From positions 7,988 through 71,987 of the forward strand of contig JBAYLD010000003.1 of NCBI GenBank assembly GCA_041664265.1: DNA of 64,000 nucleotides, in the 5' to 3' direction. The stretch comes from Minisyncoccota bacterium (GTDB lineage: Bacteria; Patescibacteriota; Minisyncoccia; Phycocordibacterales; Phycocordibacteraceae). Under the pieces are notes generated by a model that was given only the letters and a program-made list of their open reading frames with translations, did no database searches and was not told the DNA's origin. Position numbers and translations under genes: made by a program. Shown in pieces: positions 28,352 to 37,707 of the stretch; positions within the stretch are counted from its first letter, which is position 1, and each line of letters starts with the position of its first letter.

Positions 28352-30100
28352 TCATTCGGTTACGGCGCGGAGGACTTCTTCGAGGCTGGTGATGCCACGC
28401 GCGGCCTTATAGAGGCCGTCCTGAAGCATTGTGAGCATCCCCTCTTTCTTCGCCTGGGCCTCCAGCGCATCGCTCGTGCTCGCATGGAGCATGATCTCGC
28501 GGATGGCAGGCGAGACGGCCATAACCTCATGGATGCCGATGCGGCTCTTATATCCGCTCTCGCATTCGCTTGAGGGCAGCGGCCGATAAAAACGGAGGTC
28601 GTCGAGGCGGGATTCTCTCGTAATCAATTTTTCGTCTTGCAGGGCTTTGAACGCGACGGCGAAGTCGGCATCGCTTGCGATCTTCGCGCGCATTGCTGCG
28701 TCAAGCGCATATTCTTCCTTGCCCTCGACGAGCTTCCTTACCAGCCGCTGCCCGATGATGACGCGAACCGTTGAGGCCAAGAGGAACGGTTCGACGCCCA
28801 TGTCGATAAGGCGCGGGATCGCGCCAGCGGCGCTGTTGGTGTGGATGGTAGAGAGCACCAAGTGGCCGGTGAGGGCGGCATTGATCGCGAGCGAGGCGGT
28901 CTCGCCATCGCGGATCTCGCCGACCATGATGATGTCCGGGTCTTGACGCACGAGCGAGCGCAACCCGTTGGCAAAGGTAAATCCGATTTGGGGGTTCACC
29001 TGCGTCTGGTTGACGCGCTTCATCTGGTATTCGATCGGATCCTCGATCGTTGAGATGTTCACGTCCGGCTGGTTCAAGATGTCGAGCATTGTGTAGAGCG
29101 TGGTCGTCTTCCCTGACCCGGTCGGCCCCGAGATGAGGATAATACCGGTTGTCTGTTTGAGAGCGTTGTGGATGCGCTCCATGTTCTCGCCATGCAGGCC
29201 GAGCACCTCGAGCGTAAAGCCTTCGCCCGTCTCGCGCAGGAGGCGCATCACGGTCTTCTCGCCGAAGAACGTTGGGAGGATAGACACGCGGAACGAGACG
29301 CGATCAGCCTCGGTCTCCATCTTGAACCGGCCGTCCTGTGGGAGGCGCTTCTCGTCTAATTTCAGGTTTGAGAGTACCTTGATGCGCGCGACGATGCCTG
29401 CCGCTGTTGCCTTCGGTAGAGTCATCGCGTCGTGGAGGATGCCGTCGATGCGATAGCGGACGAGCACTTCAGCCTCCATAGGCTCAATATGGATGTCAGA
29501 AGCGCCTTGCACGATTGCATGCCGCAGGAGCGTGTCCACGATGCGCACGATCGGCAGATCCTCGGCCATCTTCTTCAAGTCCTCGTTTGAGAGATCCTTG
29601 TTGCCCTCTGCGATGACGCTAATTTTTCCCGCCTCAGCCGATATGATGTCGCCGAACTCGTCCTTGAGCGATTTCTGGTATTGCAGGAGCGTGTACTTAA
29701 TGCTCTCGGTGTCGGTGAGCCGCGGCAATATCTTGAGGCCCGTCTTCTTGCGCACCGAATCAATGGAGGCGAGATCTTCAACATCGAGCATCGCCACCTC
29801 AAGAGAGTCATCGGTCTTCTTAAACGCGATAATGTTGTGCGTGCGCGCGATCGGCTCCGGGATAAGCGCGAGAGCGTCAATGGGGACGCGATGCTCCTTC
29901 AGATTTACGAACGGGATGCCGAGTACATAGGCCTGGATGCGCCGCAATGCATCCTCGGTAATCGAGCCGCGCGAGACGAGAATGTCGCCGAGCGGTTGTT
30001 CCTTTACCCGCGCCTCTTCTACGGCGTCATCAATCTCCTTCTTGGCGACAAGGCCGGAGTCAATAATGAACTCTTTCAGCTCACCATCCGAAACGTGCAT
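28352..30100 (-). CDS. pilB: Type IV pilus assembly ATPase PilB/GspE
   Basis: ASDIHIEP, RYRIDG, RLPQDGRF, GPTGSGKTT, RQDPD; ATG at 30100 chosen as start. Confidence 0.94.
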   Translation of the reverse strand: MHVSDGELKEFIIDSGLVAKKEIDDAVEEARVKEQPLGDILVSRGSITEDALRRIQAYVLGIPFVNLKEHRVPIDALALIPEPIARTHNIIAFKKTDDSLEVAMLDVEDLASIDSVRKKTGLKILPRLTDTESIKYTLLQYQKSLKDEFGDIISAEAGKISVIAEGNKDLSNEDLKKMAEDLPIVRIVDTLLRHAIVQGASDIHIEPMEAEVLVRYRIDGILHDAMTLPKATAAGIVARIKVLSNLKLDEKRLPQDGRFKMETEADRVSFRVSILPTFFGEKTVMRLLRETGEGFTLEVLGLHGENMERIHNALKQTTGIILISGPTGSGKTTTLYTMLDILNQPDVNISTIEDPIEYQMKRVNQTQVNPQIGFTFANGLRSLVRQDPDIIMVGEIRDGETASLAINAALTGHLVLSTIHTNSAAGAIPRLIDMGVEPFLLASTVRVIIGQRLVRKLVEGKEEYALDAAMRAKIASDADFAVAFKALQDEKLITRESRLDDLRFYRPLPSSECESGYKSRIGIHEVMAVSPAIREIMLHASTSDALEAQAKKEGMLTMLQDGLYKAARGITSLEEVLRAVTE

Positions 30101-30253
30101 ATAGATAAAGTATAGCGCGCCGTTGCCTCGGCAATGCGCGCAGTACACATATAATAATAGATAGACGCGGTAATTTTGAAAAAAAGATACTGAGGTGTAC
30201 GATGGCGGTGGATCGTACAAATTCATCGAGTCAACAAGAGAAAGGAGGCTGGC

Positions 30254-30748
30254 ATGATAAAGGTAGCGGAGATTCCCGTCGCAAGGGTTCCGGTATTCAA
30301 CGTCCGGGACAAGTTTCGGGAGGGTGAGGAGGTTGACGGTGTAAGGATTGCGCGAATCGGACCCATCTTTAAACTACGCTTCCTGGGCAAACAGGAGAGG
30401 AGGATTGCCCCGAGCAGGTTGTGGGTGCAGATGCTGCTCGCCGAAGAATCGTCAAGCGTCTCTATTGTCGAAAGACTGGGCAATGTGGAAACACCGATGG
30501 CTCAGTCTTGGGAGGCATTGGCGCTGCAAGGAAAAGGTCAACGAGGGTATCTTCGTGTTGATCTTCCCACCGTCACTTTTTCTTTCGACACAAAGGGGGA
30601 CCTTTGTTCCTGGTATGTCCGGTGGCTTCCAGAAGCGAAGGGGTGGTATGTTGGGGCCACACCCATCGATAGCCCAAATTCTTTGTGGGAAAGGGGAGCT
30701 CAAGTCTTGTCGCGCCCTCCTTCTTTCCAAATGTTGCTTAACAACTGA
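30254..30748 (+). CDS. Hypothetical protein; C-terminus resembles DGR-target-like proteins
   Basis: SD aaggagg upstream; ends GWYVGATPIDSPNSLWERGAQVLSR; followed by a hairpin. Confidence 0.65.
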   Translation: MIKVAEIPVARVPVFNVRDKFREGEEVDGVRIARIGPIFKLRFLGKQERRIAPSRLWVQMLLAEESSSVSIVERLGNVETPMAQSWEALALQGKGQRGYLRVDLPTVTFSFDTKGDLCSWYVRWLPEAKGWYVGATPIDSPNSLWERGAQVLSRPPSFQMLLNN

Positions 30749-30755
30749 TCCCCGA

Positions 30756-30808
30756 ACCCTCCGTCCCCGTGCCACCTCGGCACCGGAACGGAGGGTTTTG
30801 TCTTTTTT
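30756..30808 (+). terminator. Hairpin/terminator after the 30254 gene
   Basis: aaccctccgt...acggagggtt stem followed by T-rich tail. Confidence 0.65.
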
Positions 30809-30868
30809 ACAGGCTATCCACAACTTGTCGCTATAGCGACAAGTCTTGGATACCTACCTCGCATGAGC

Positions 30869-30896
30869 TTGACAAAATAGCCGAGTCGTGTATACT
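30869..30896 (+). promoter_or_regulatory. Sigma70-type promoter
   Basis: TTGACA-16 nt-TATACT. Confidence 0.75.
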
Positions 30897-31068
30897 GGTG
30901 GTAGTTAGGTCTTTGACAGGTTCAACTACCGTTTGCCGTAGCAGAAAGTGGCTTATTTACTAGCTTTTAGGCCAAAAATAAGCAATTGTCTGCTATGGCA
31001 AACCCGCCAAGCCCCCACAATCTCGGGCAGAGGGATACTTTCGGCAATCAGCCGAGAAGGAGAGCACA

Positions 31069-31650
31069 ATGAAATACGGAGAATTGAATTTAGGTCAAAT
31101 CGAGGCAATCGTGAACAAACTGGGCGGCATGGAAGGCGTTCAGCGCTTTCTCGCTGGTAATTCCGAAGTAGTTGAGAAGAATCTCGCCATTTCTGAAGTA
31201 TTCCGCCTCACGGTCGACTACGGCAAATCGTTTGAGCAGATGATTGCCGCAGGTGACTATGACTGGAAGAACGACGACATCACCGCGAAGCGATTCCCTA
31301 TCGAGGGAGAAGGCATTGCCGAATTCGAGGCACGCTATTTCCACTCCAACCGCAATATTTCCTCGGAAGACGCGGTGAAGGAGATCGAGTCGGCAGATGC
31401 GGAAAATCCGTGGATGCCCGCCAAGATCGAACACGTGCTTTCGCACGGGGCTACATTCCCCGAAGAACAGCGCAAGTTCCCGATCATCGGCCTTGGCTCG
31501 GTCGCGGGGGTCGTTGGCAGCCGCAGCGTGCCGTGCCTCTTCGGGGACGGTTCCGAGCGGCGCCTCGACCTGGGTTGGTGGCGCAGCGGCTGCGGCGTCT
31601 GGGGTTCGCGCTTTCGGTCCCTCGCCGTTCGCAAGGTCTCTGTACCTTAG
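31069..31650 (+). CDS. Putative DGR variable (target) protein
   Basis: SD gaaggag; 3' 140 nt contain only 6 A; ends VP.L..DGSER.L.L.W...W.S..R.LAVRK; downstream short repeats and hairpin. Confidence 0.75.
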   Translation: MKYGELNLGQIEAIVNKLGGMEGVQRFLAGNSEVVEKNLAISEVFRLTVDYGKSFEQMIAAGDYDWKNDDITAKRFPIEGEGIAEFEARYFHSNRNISSEDAVKEIESADAENPWMPAKIEHVLSHGATFPEEQRKFPIIGLGSVAGVVGSRSVPCLFGDGSERRLDLGWWRSGCGVWGSRFRSLAVRKVSVP

Positions 31651-31699
31651 GCTTCGGAAATTGTCCCTTGGACCCTTGGATCCTTTGAACCTTTTAACT

Positions 31700-31731
31700 A
31701 AAACCCTCGCACTTCACGGTGCGGGGGTTTT
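31700..31731 (+). terminator. GC hairpin downstream of the putative variable region
   Basis: aaaaccctcgcac-ttcacg-gtgcgggggtttt. Confidence 0.7.
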
Positions 31732-32127
31732 CTCATACACTAATGAACGACAAACGAAAAATCCGCGGTTACGGCTTCGGGTAGTTTGTCCGCAAGCCCG
31801 AGGGTGAGAATTCAAATGGTTACGGCTGTCTGGAGAGTGTCTTCGGGTCCGTCTCAAAAAACAGAGACAGTTGGTGAGAGGCGCTGGCGACACATAAGGT
31901 CGCAAATACGATTCAACCCGGAGAATATTCAATGGGTGGTGGTACGGATGGCGCTTCTCACAAAGCTTGCCATACATAGGGCTGCCCTATGTAGTGGGAC
32001 AAGTCTTGGATACCCTATGTCCAGGGCTTTTTTGTTGACACACATGGCTCGTTTGGTATACTTGCCGGTATCAGAAATGCCCCATAGGGGCTTTCTTTTT
32101 AACAAAGTGCGAACATACATATTCCAT

Positions 32128-33519
32128 ATGATTGACCTAAAAACCATCAATGCAGTGCTCGGAGAGTTCGAGGATCGGGGCATCAGCCGCGAGACGATGA
32201 TCGAGGCTATCGAGAGCGCTATGGCGACCGCCTACAAGCGCGAATACGGCAAGCGCGGGCAGGTCGTGCGCGCCAAGCTCGACCTCAACACGGGCACGAT
32301 GCAGTTTGAACAGGTGAAGACGGTGGTGGACGACACCACGGTGCGCTTCCCTGCCCCCGATGAAGAGCTTCTCGATGAACACACACATACGCACTCATTT
32401 CATAGTGAAGAAGAACAGGTGGCTGAGGGCGAGTTGCCTCGCTTTGACTCTGAGAAGCATATCCTCCTTGCCGACGCGAAGCTGATCAAGCGCGGCACCA
32501 TGGTTGGTGAAGAGATCATCTTCCCTCTTGAGCCGCAGGACGACTTCGGCCGCATCGCGGCGCAAACCGCCAAGCAGGTGGTGATCCAAAAGGTGCGCGA
32601 GGCAGAGAAGCTCTCGATGATGGAGGAGTTTAGCGAGAAGAAGGGCCAGATCGTGAGCGGCATCGTGCAGCGCATGGAGCGCGGCGCGATCTTTGTCGAT
32701 CTCGGCCGTACGACCGGCATCATCCCCTACGAGGAGCAGATCCCCGGCGAGCGGTACCGCATGGGCGAGCGCATTCGCGCCTACCTCTATGCGGTGGATG
32801 AAGGCTTCCGTGGCGTCTACTTGCGCCTCTCTCGTGCGCATCCGAAGTTCGTCGTGAAGCTCTTTGAGCTCGAGGCGCCCGAGCTCGCAAGTGGCGCGAT
32901 TGAGGTCAGGGCGCTCGCGCGGGAGCCCGGCAGCCGTACCAAAATCGCCCTTGCTTCGCGCGAAGCGCATGTGGATCCTGTCGGCTCTCTTGTCGGTCAG
33001 CGAGGTGTGCGCGTCTCGACCGTGATGAGCGAGCTCGGCGGTGAGCGCATCGACATCATCGAGTGGAACGACGACCCGAAGGAGTTTGTGAAGGAAGCGC
33101 TCTCTCCCGCGACACCGCTTGAGGTGGTGCTTGATGAGGCGGATCATCGCGCGACCGTGACGGTCGCTGAAGATGAACAATCGCTCGCGATCGGCCGTGG
33201 CGGCCAGAACGTCCGCCTCGCGGCGAAGCTCACCGGTTGGAACATCGACATCATCTCTGCCGGCGGTAATGAGATCGCAGAGTCGGACGGCGACTCGGTC
33301 GTTGTCGCGACTGACGGCGACTCAGTTCTCGTTGAGGCTGGCACCGAGAACCCTGCAGAGACGATGGGTGTGATGCCAACCGAGAGCTTCACGGCTGTTG
33401 TCGAGAACGATCCGGAAACGTCTGAACTCCCTGCGGAGGAAGAGCTCGCGACACTCCCTGCAAGCGACGAGACGGTCGCTGACGCAGAAGAAGATCGCGA
33501 TCCAGCAAAAGACGAATAA
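32128..33519 (+). CDS. nusA: Transcription termination/antitermination factor NusA
   Basis: FGRIAAQTAKQV, AREPGSRTKIA, VGQRGVRV, LAIGRGGQNVRLAAKLTGW; acidic tail; true ATG at 32128. Confidence 0.96.
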   Translation: MIDLKTINAVLGEFEDRGISRETMIEAIESAMATAYKREYGKRGQVVRAKLDLNTGTMQFEQVKTVVDDTTVRFPAPDEELLDEHTHTHSFHSEEEQVAEGELPRFDSEKHILLADAKLIKRGTMVGEEIIFPLEPQDDFGRIAAQTAKQVVIQKVREAEKLSMMEEFSEKKGQIVSGIVQRMERGAIFVDLGRTTGIIPYEEQIPGERYRMGERIRAYLYAVDEGFRGVYLRLSRAHPKFVVKLFELEAPELASGAIEVRALAREPGSRTKIALASREAHVDPVGSLVGQRGVRVSTVMSELGGERIDIIEWNDDPKEFVKEALSPATPLEVVLDEADHRATVTVAEDEQSLAIGRGGQNVRLAAKLTGWNIDIISAGGNEIAESDGDSVVVATDGDSVLVEAGTENPAETMGVMPTESFTAVVENDPETSELPAEEELATLPASDETVADAEEDRDPAKDE

Positions 33520-33546
33520 AATACTGGTAAGGTATACTACACGCAT

Positions 33547-34065
33547 ATGAACTTACTGCATGATGTAAACGCGGGCACGAAGGAGTGCATGAACGTTATT
33601 GTTGAAATCAACAAGGGTTCGAAGAATAAATATGAAATAGATAAAGAGACCGGCCTTATCGCGCTTGATCGGGTTGCGCACACCTCCCAAGACTTCCCCT
33701 TTGACTACGGCTTTGTCCCGCAGACACTCTGGGACGATGGTGATGCACTCGATGTCATCATGCTCACTACCTATCCGCTCTTGTCCGGCATCTTAGTCCG
33801 GGTGCGTCCAGTCGCACTGATGAAAATGATCGATAGTGGCGACTGTGATGATAAGGTCATCGCTGTTCCTTGTGACGATCCGCGCTGGAAGGGGGTGCAA
33901 GATTTGAAGGATATTAACCCCCACACGCTGAAGGAAATAGAACATTTCTACTCGACGTACAAAAAATTGCAAGACAAAGAGGTTAGCGTAACCGGTTTTG
34001 AAGAAAAGTCCGCAGCCGAGGCCGCGTTCGAGAAGGGCCGCACGATGTATCGCGAAAAGAAGTAA
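33547..34065 (+). CDS. ppa: Inorganic pyrophosphatase (family I)
   Basis: KYE.DK.TG, YGFVPQT..DDGDALDV, M.D.G..DDK. Confidence 0.95.
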   Translation: MNLLHDVNAGTKECMNVIVEINKGSKNKYEIDKETGLIALDRVAHTSQDFPFDYGFVPQTLWDDGDALDVIMLTTYPLLSGILVRVRPVALMKMIDSGDCDDKVIAVPCDDPRWKGVQDLKDINPHTLKEIEHFYSTYKKLQDKEVSVTGFEEKSAAEAAFEKGRTMYREKK

Positions 34066-34067
34066 CT

Positions 34068-34262
34068 ATGGAAAACGAACCGACTATCCCTCCCGCACCG
34101 CCGCCCGCCATTCCCGCAGCAGTCCCCTCGCGAAAGGCGCAGTCCTGGGGCGCATTCATCTCGATTATCGTCATCGTGCTCATGATCATCATCGGCGCGT
34201 TCTATGCGTGGGGACAGCGAATTTCGGAGAGTAATTTACCAATTGAATCAACTATTCCATAA
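34068..34262 (+). CDS. Small single-pass membrane protein
   Basis: Pro-rich N-terminus plus [23 protein letters not shown]; packed tightly between ppa and clpP. Confidence 0.7.
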   Translation: MENEPTIPPAPPPAIPAAVPSRKAQSWGAFISIIVIVLMIIIGAFYAWGQRISESNLPIESTIP

Positions 34263-34264
34263 CT

Positions 34265-34840
34265 ATGAACCTTATTCCGATGGTCGTTGAGAAGAGCCAG
34301 TTCGGCGAGCGTGCCTATGACATCTACTCGCGCCTGCTCAAAGACCGTATCGTCTTCTTGGGCGGGCCGATTGATGACGACACGGCGAATCTCGTCATCG
34401 CCCAGCTCCTCTTCCTTGAGGCGGAGGACCCAAAGAAGGACATTCTGCTCTACATCAATTCACCCGGTGGCTCGGTCACCGCGACCTTGGCGATGGTCGA
34501 CACGATGAACCACGTGAAGCCGGCCGTCTCGACGGTCTGTGTGGGCATGGCGGCGTCGGGCGGAGCGATCCTTCTCTCTGCAGGTGAGAAGGGTAAGCGC
34601 TACGCGCTCCCGAACTCTGAGATCATGATCCACCAGCCCCACGGCGGCGCTGAGGGCCAGGCGACCGATATCGAGATCACCGCGAAGCAGATCTTAAAGC
34701 TCCGCGAACGCCTCAACAAGATGCTCGCCAAGAACACCGACCAACCGCTCGAGAAGATCGAGAAGGATGTCGAGCGCGACTTCTTCATGACCGCTGATGA
34801 AGCCAAAAAATACGGCATTATCGATCAGGTGTATAAATAG
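34265..34840 (+). CDS. clpP: ATP-dependent Clp protease proteolytic subunit
   Basis: [37 protein letters not shown]. Confidence 0.97.
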   Translation: MNLIPMVVEKSQFGERAYDIYSRLLKDRIVFLGGPIDDDTANLVIAQLLFLEAEDPKKDILLYINSPGGSVTATLAMVDTMNHVKPAVSTVCVGMAASGGAILLSAGEKGKRYALPNSEIMIHQPHGGAEGQATDIEITAKQILKLRERLNKMLAKNTDQPLEKIEKDVERDFFMTADEAKKYGIIDQVYK

Positions 34841-34890
34841 TGGACAAGTCAGACTTGTCCAAACAAAAACCCGCCCTCAGGCGGGGTTTT
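34841..34890 (+). terminator. Palindrome plus terminator after clpP
   Basis: tggacaagtc-a-gacttgtcca (34841-34861), then aaaacccgcc-ctca-ggcggggtttt. Confidence 0.7.
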
Positions 34891-34985
34891 GTGTTTCGTG
34901 ATAGAGTTCGCCCATACTGATTCGCTGATTGACTGATACGAAAGTTGCGCTGTTTTGACTCTTTACTTTTAACTACTGGGCGCTT

Positions 34986-36515
34986 ATGTCACTTAAAATC
35001 ATATTGATTATGCTGGCGCTCTCGGGCGTCGGCGGTATCGCACTCGGCTATGTGCTGCGCGTCTTGATCGGGCTTGCTCAGCGCGGCTCGGTTGAGCTCG
35101 ATATCAAACAAAAGTTGCTTCACGCCAAGGAGCAGGCCGCGAAGATATTGGCTGAAGCGGAATATCGAAGCGACGTCATCGAGACGGAGCGCCTCGCGCC
35201 GATCGAAGAGCGCGAGGAAAAACTTATTTCTAGAGAAGAACGCCTTGCGACGCGGGAAGAGTTTCTTGATTCGCGGCAGCGCGATCTTGATGAAAAAGAA
35301 GATGAAGTGCGCGCCCGCGAACAAGAGGCGGCACGCGCGCGGAGTGAGGCGGAGCATCTCACGGCCGCACGCACCAAAGAGCTCGCGAAGGTGGCGAACC
35401 TCTCTGAGGGTAAGGCGCGCGAAGAACTTTTTTCTGAAATCGAGCGCGCGTATGAAGAGGCGATTCTCTTGCGCCTGCAGAAGCTTGAAGCGCACGGCCG
35501 CGAGCGGCTCGAGGACAAGGCGCGCGCTATCCTCACCTCCGCCATTCATCGTTTGGGGAGTGCGGTGAACGCCGAGGTCATGTCGCTCTCGATCGCCCTC
35601 CCCTCTGAAGAGATGAAGGGCAAGATTATCGGTAAGGAGGGGCGCAATATCAAGGCCTTTGAGCGTGCGACCGGCGTTGACGTCCTTATCGACGATGTAC
35701 CCGACCGGATAACGATCTCCTCCTTCGACCCGCTGCGCCGGCATATCGCCAAGATTGCGCTCGAGAAACTGATTGTCGACGGGCGTATCCAGCCCGTGAA
35801 GATAGAAGAGACTGTTGAGAAGTCTCGCATCGAAGTCGCGGACATCACGCGGCAGAAGGGCGAGGCGGCGGCGTATGAGGCCGGCGTTATCGGGCTTGAC
35901 CCGAAGCTCACAGCGCTTCTCGGGCGGCTCTATTTCCGCTCCAGCTACGGTCAGAACATGCTCCAACACTCTATCGAGGCGGCACACATCGCCGGTATGC
36001 TCGCCGAGGAGCTCGGCATCGACCCGACCGTTGCTCGCACCGGCGCTCTCCTCCACGACATCGGCAAGGCAGTTGATCACGAGGTCCAAGGTACGCACGT
36101 CGAGATCGGCCGCCGCATCCTCGAGAAATTTAACGTGGACAAGCGCGTGATCCAGGCGATGCAGTCGCATCACGATGAGCACCCCTATGAGACGCCCGAA
36201 GCGGTCGTCGTCCAGGTTGCGGATGCGATTTCAGGGAGTCGTCCGGGTGCGCGCAGGGACACCGTTGACCGCTATCTCGAGCGTCTGGGCGACCTCGAGC
36301 GCCTCGCGGGCACTTTTGAGGGTGTCGAAAAGGTCTATGCCATCGCGGCGGGCCGCGAGATACGCATCTTTGTGAACCCGGGCAAGGTCTCTGACCTGGC
36401 GATGCACAAGCTCGCACGCGATATCGCGACACGCATCCAGGCAGAGCTGAAGTATCCGGGCGAGATTAAGGTAAATATAATTAGAGAGAACAGAGTAGTT
36501 GAATTCGCTCGTTGA
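34986..36515 (+). CDS. rny: Ribonuclease Y
   Basis: N-terminal TM, coiled coil, KH motif KG.IIG.EGRNI, HD motif LLHDIGK, SGSRPGAR. Confidence 0.96.
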   Translation: MSLKIILIMLALSGVGGIALGYVLRVLIGLAQRGSVELDIKQKLLHAKEQAAKILAEAEYRSDVIETERLAPIEEREEKLISREERLATREEFLDSRQRDLDEKEDEVRAREQEAARARSEAEHLTAARTKELAKVANLSEGKAREELFSEIERAYEEAILLRLQKLEAHGRERLEDKARAILTSAIHRLGSAVNAEVMSLSIALPSEEMKGKIIGKEGRNIKAFERATGVDVLIDDVPDRITISSFDPLRRHIAKIALEKLIVDGRIQPVKIEETVEKSRIEVADITRQKGEAAAYEAGVIGLDPKLTALLGRLYFRSSYGQNMLQHSIEAAHIAGMLAEELGIDPTVARTGALLHDIGKAVDHEVQGTHVEIGRRILEKFNVDKRVIQAMQSHHDEHPYETPEAVVVQVADAISGSRPGARRDTVDRYLERLGDLERLAGTFEGVEKVYAIAAGREIRIFVNPGKVSDLAMHKLARDIATRIQAELKYPGEIKVNIIRENRVVEFAR

Positions 36516-36540
36516 CAAACTATACAGAGTGTCCTAGCAT
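36512..36540 (+). promoter_or_regulatory. Sigma70-type promoter overlapping the rny stop codon
   Basis: TTGACA-17 nt-TAGCAT. Confidence 0.6.
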
Positions 36541-36615
36541 ATCGGCTGGGTAGATACTGGTCTTTGTAAGACAAGAATCGCAACGCCGGAGCGAATCCGG
36601 CACAAAAAAGAAAGG

Positions 36616-37506
36616 ATGGCTCCGATGAAAAAAACATTGGCTCCGCAAAAAAGTATTGTTACCGTTCGTGATCCAAAAGGCCTCAAGTTCATCTCAGTTG
36701 TTGAGGCCGCGTACAACAAGGCTGGATTGTCAGAGGAAGAGGCTCAGCGTATCAACGAAGCCCCTGGGCTCTCCGAGCTCGTTCACAACTTCATCGCCGA
36801 GAATCGTCTCACTGACAAATTCAAGGACGAAGAGGTGAAGTCCAACTACGGCTATCTCTCCGGTTACAAACCGAAGAGCATCACCGAGCAGACCAACATC
36901 CTGCGCCAACTCTTCCCTGGTATCGGCTTCGCTGATGAAAAAATCGCGCAAGGTGAGCCCCCGCAACACGCCGAAGGATGGTTCGCTATCCCGAAGTGGC
37001 AGACGATGGCGCCGACGTATGGTGAAGCTGTGCAAAGGGTTCTGGACATGATCAAAAAAACCCGAGGTGGTAAGTTCATAAACTTCCGCGAGGGTCAGCT
37101 CGGTCCCGAACGTTTGCGCCAAATGACCAAAACAGCGTCATTGTTCAAGAAGCTCTGTGATGAGCAGAAGAATCACGACATTCTCGTCGTGGCGGCGCAG
37201 TTCGGCATCCGCCATCGCGGCCGTTCCGTTCGCCGCGCTCGCGAGGTCTTCTCGGCCAATGAGTGTGGGCTTGGCGCATTCGCGAATGGCATCATGCTTC
37301 TGACTCATCCGGAACGTCTTCAGTATTACGACGATCTCTGGATTGACTGTGCAGGAGACGAATTTGACGATCCGGGCGCCGATGTCCGCTTCGTTCATGC
37401 ACCGTTCTTCAGGTTCCACGACGACGAGGTCGAGTTCGGCACGGACTTTGTCGGCGATGCGAGCGGCGGCTATGGGTCTTCCTCGGCGTTCGTTCCGCAG
37501 GAGTGA
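36616..37506 (+). CDS. Putative DGR variable (target) protein
   Basis: 3' 130 nt are A-poor with no AA dinucleotide; ends AP.F.F.D.EVEFG...V.DA...YGS.SAFVPQ; downstream 13-bp hairpin. Confidence 0.7.
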   Translation: MAPMKKTLAPQKSIVTVRDPKGLKFISVVEAAYNKAGLSEEEAQRINEAPGLSELVHNFIAENRLTDKFKDEEVKSNYGYLSGYKPKSITEQTNILRQLFPGIGFADEKIAQGEPPQHAEGWFAIPKWQTMAPTYGEAVQRVLDMIKKTRGGKFINFREGQLGPERLRQMTKTASLFKKLCDEQKNHDILVVAAQFGIRHRGRSVRRAREVFSANECGLGAFANGIMLLTHPERLQYYDDLWIDCAGDEFDDPGADVRFVHAPFFRFHDDEVEFGTDFVGDASGGYGSSSAFVPQE

Positions 37507-37570
37507 TGCTTGAATCTCGAATGCTCGGGTCTTTTGAGTTCTTTACTTTTGATTCTTGTATTCGAAATTT

Positions 37571-37601
37571 TCGGGGTCGCCTATCTACTAGGCGACCCCG
37601 A
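37571..37601 (+). terminator. GC hairpin downstream of the putative variable region
   Basis: tcggggtcgccta-tctac-taggcgaccccga followed by tttt. Confidence 0.75.
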
Positions 37602-37707
37602 TTTTCGTTATTTCGCGCTATCCACGCGAGGTTGGCAAGCCCTATTGCGCAATGTGGCGCATTTCCTATACTTTCCTCGTGCCCGCCCTTAGACACCAAG
37701 AGTGCAT

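Noticed and set aside
31786-32127. 114-aa N-terminal extension of NusA in the ORF track
   Set aside because: NusA similarity starts at MIDLK (32128); the extension crosses palindromic repeats and a TTGACA promoter-like site
20742-36182. Long antisense ORFs (e.g. 20742-21872, 32395-33180, 34989-36182)
   Set aside because: Shadow frames of recJ, nusA and rny expected from GC-rich codon usage; no recognisable motifs
30200-37700. A complete DGR cassette (RT, Avd, TR) in the window
   Set aside because: No RT motif-bearing ORF and no AAC-rich near-copy of either variable-like region was found by eye
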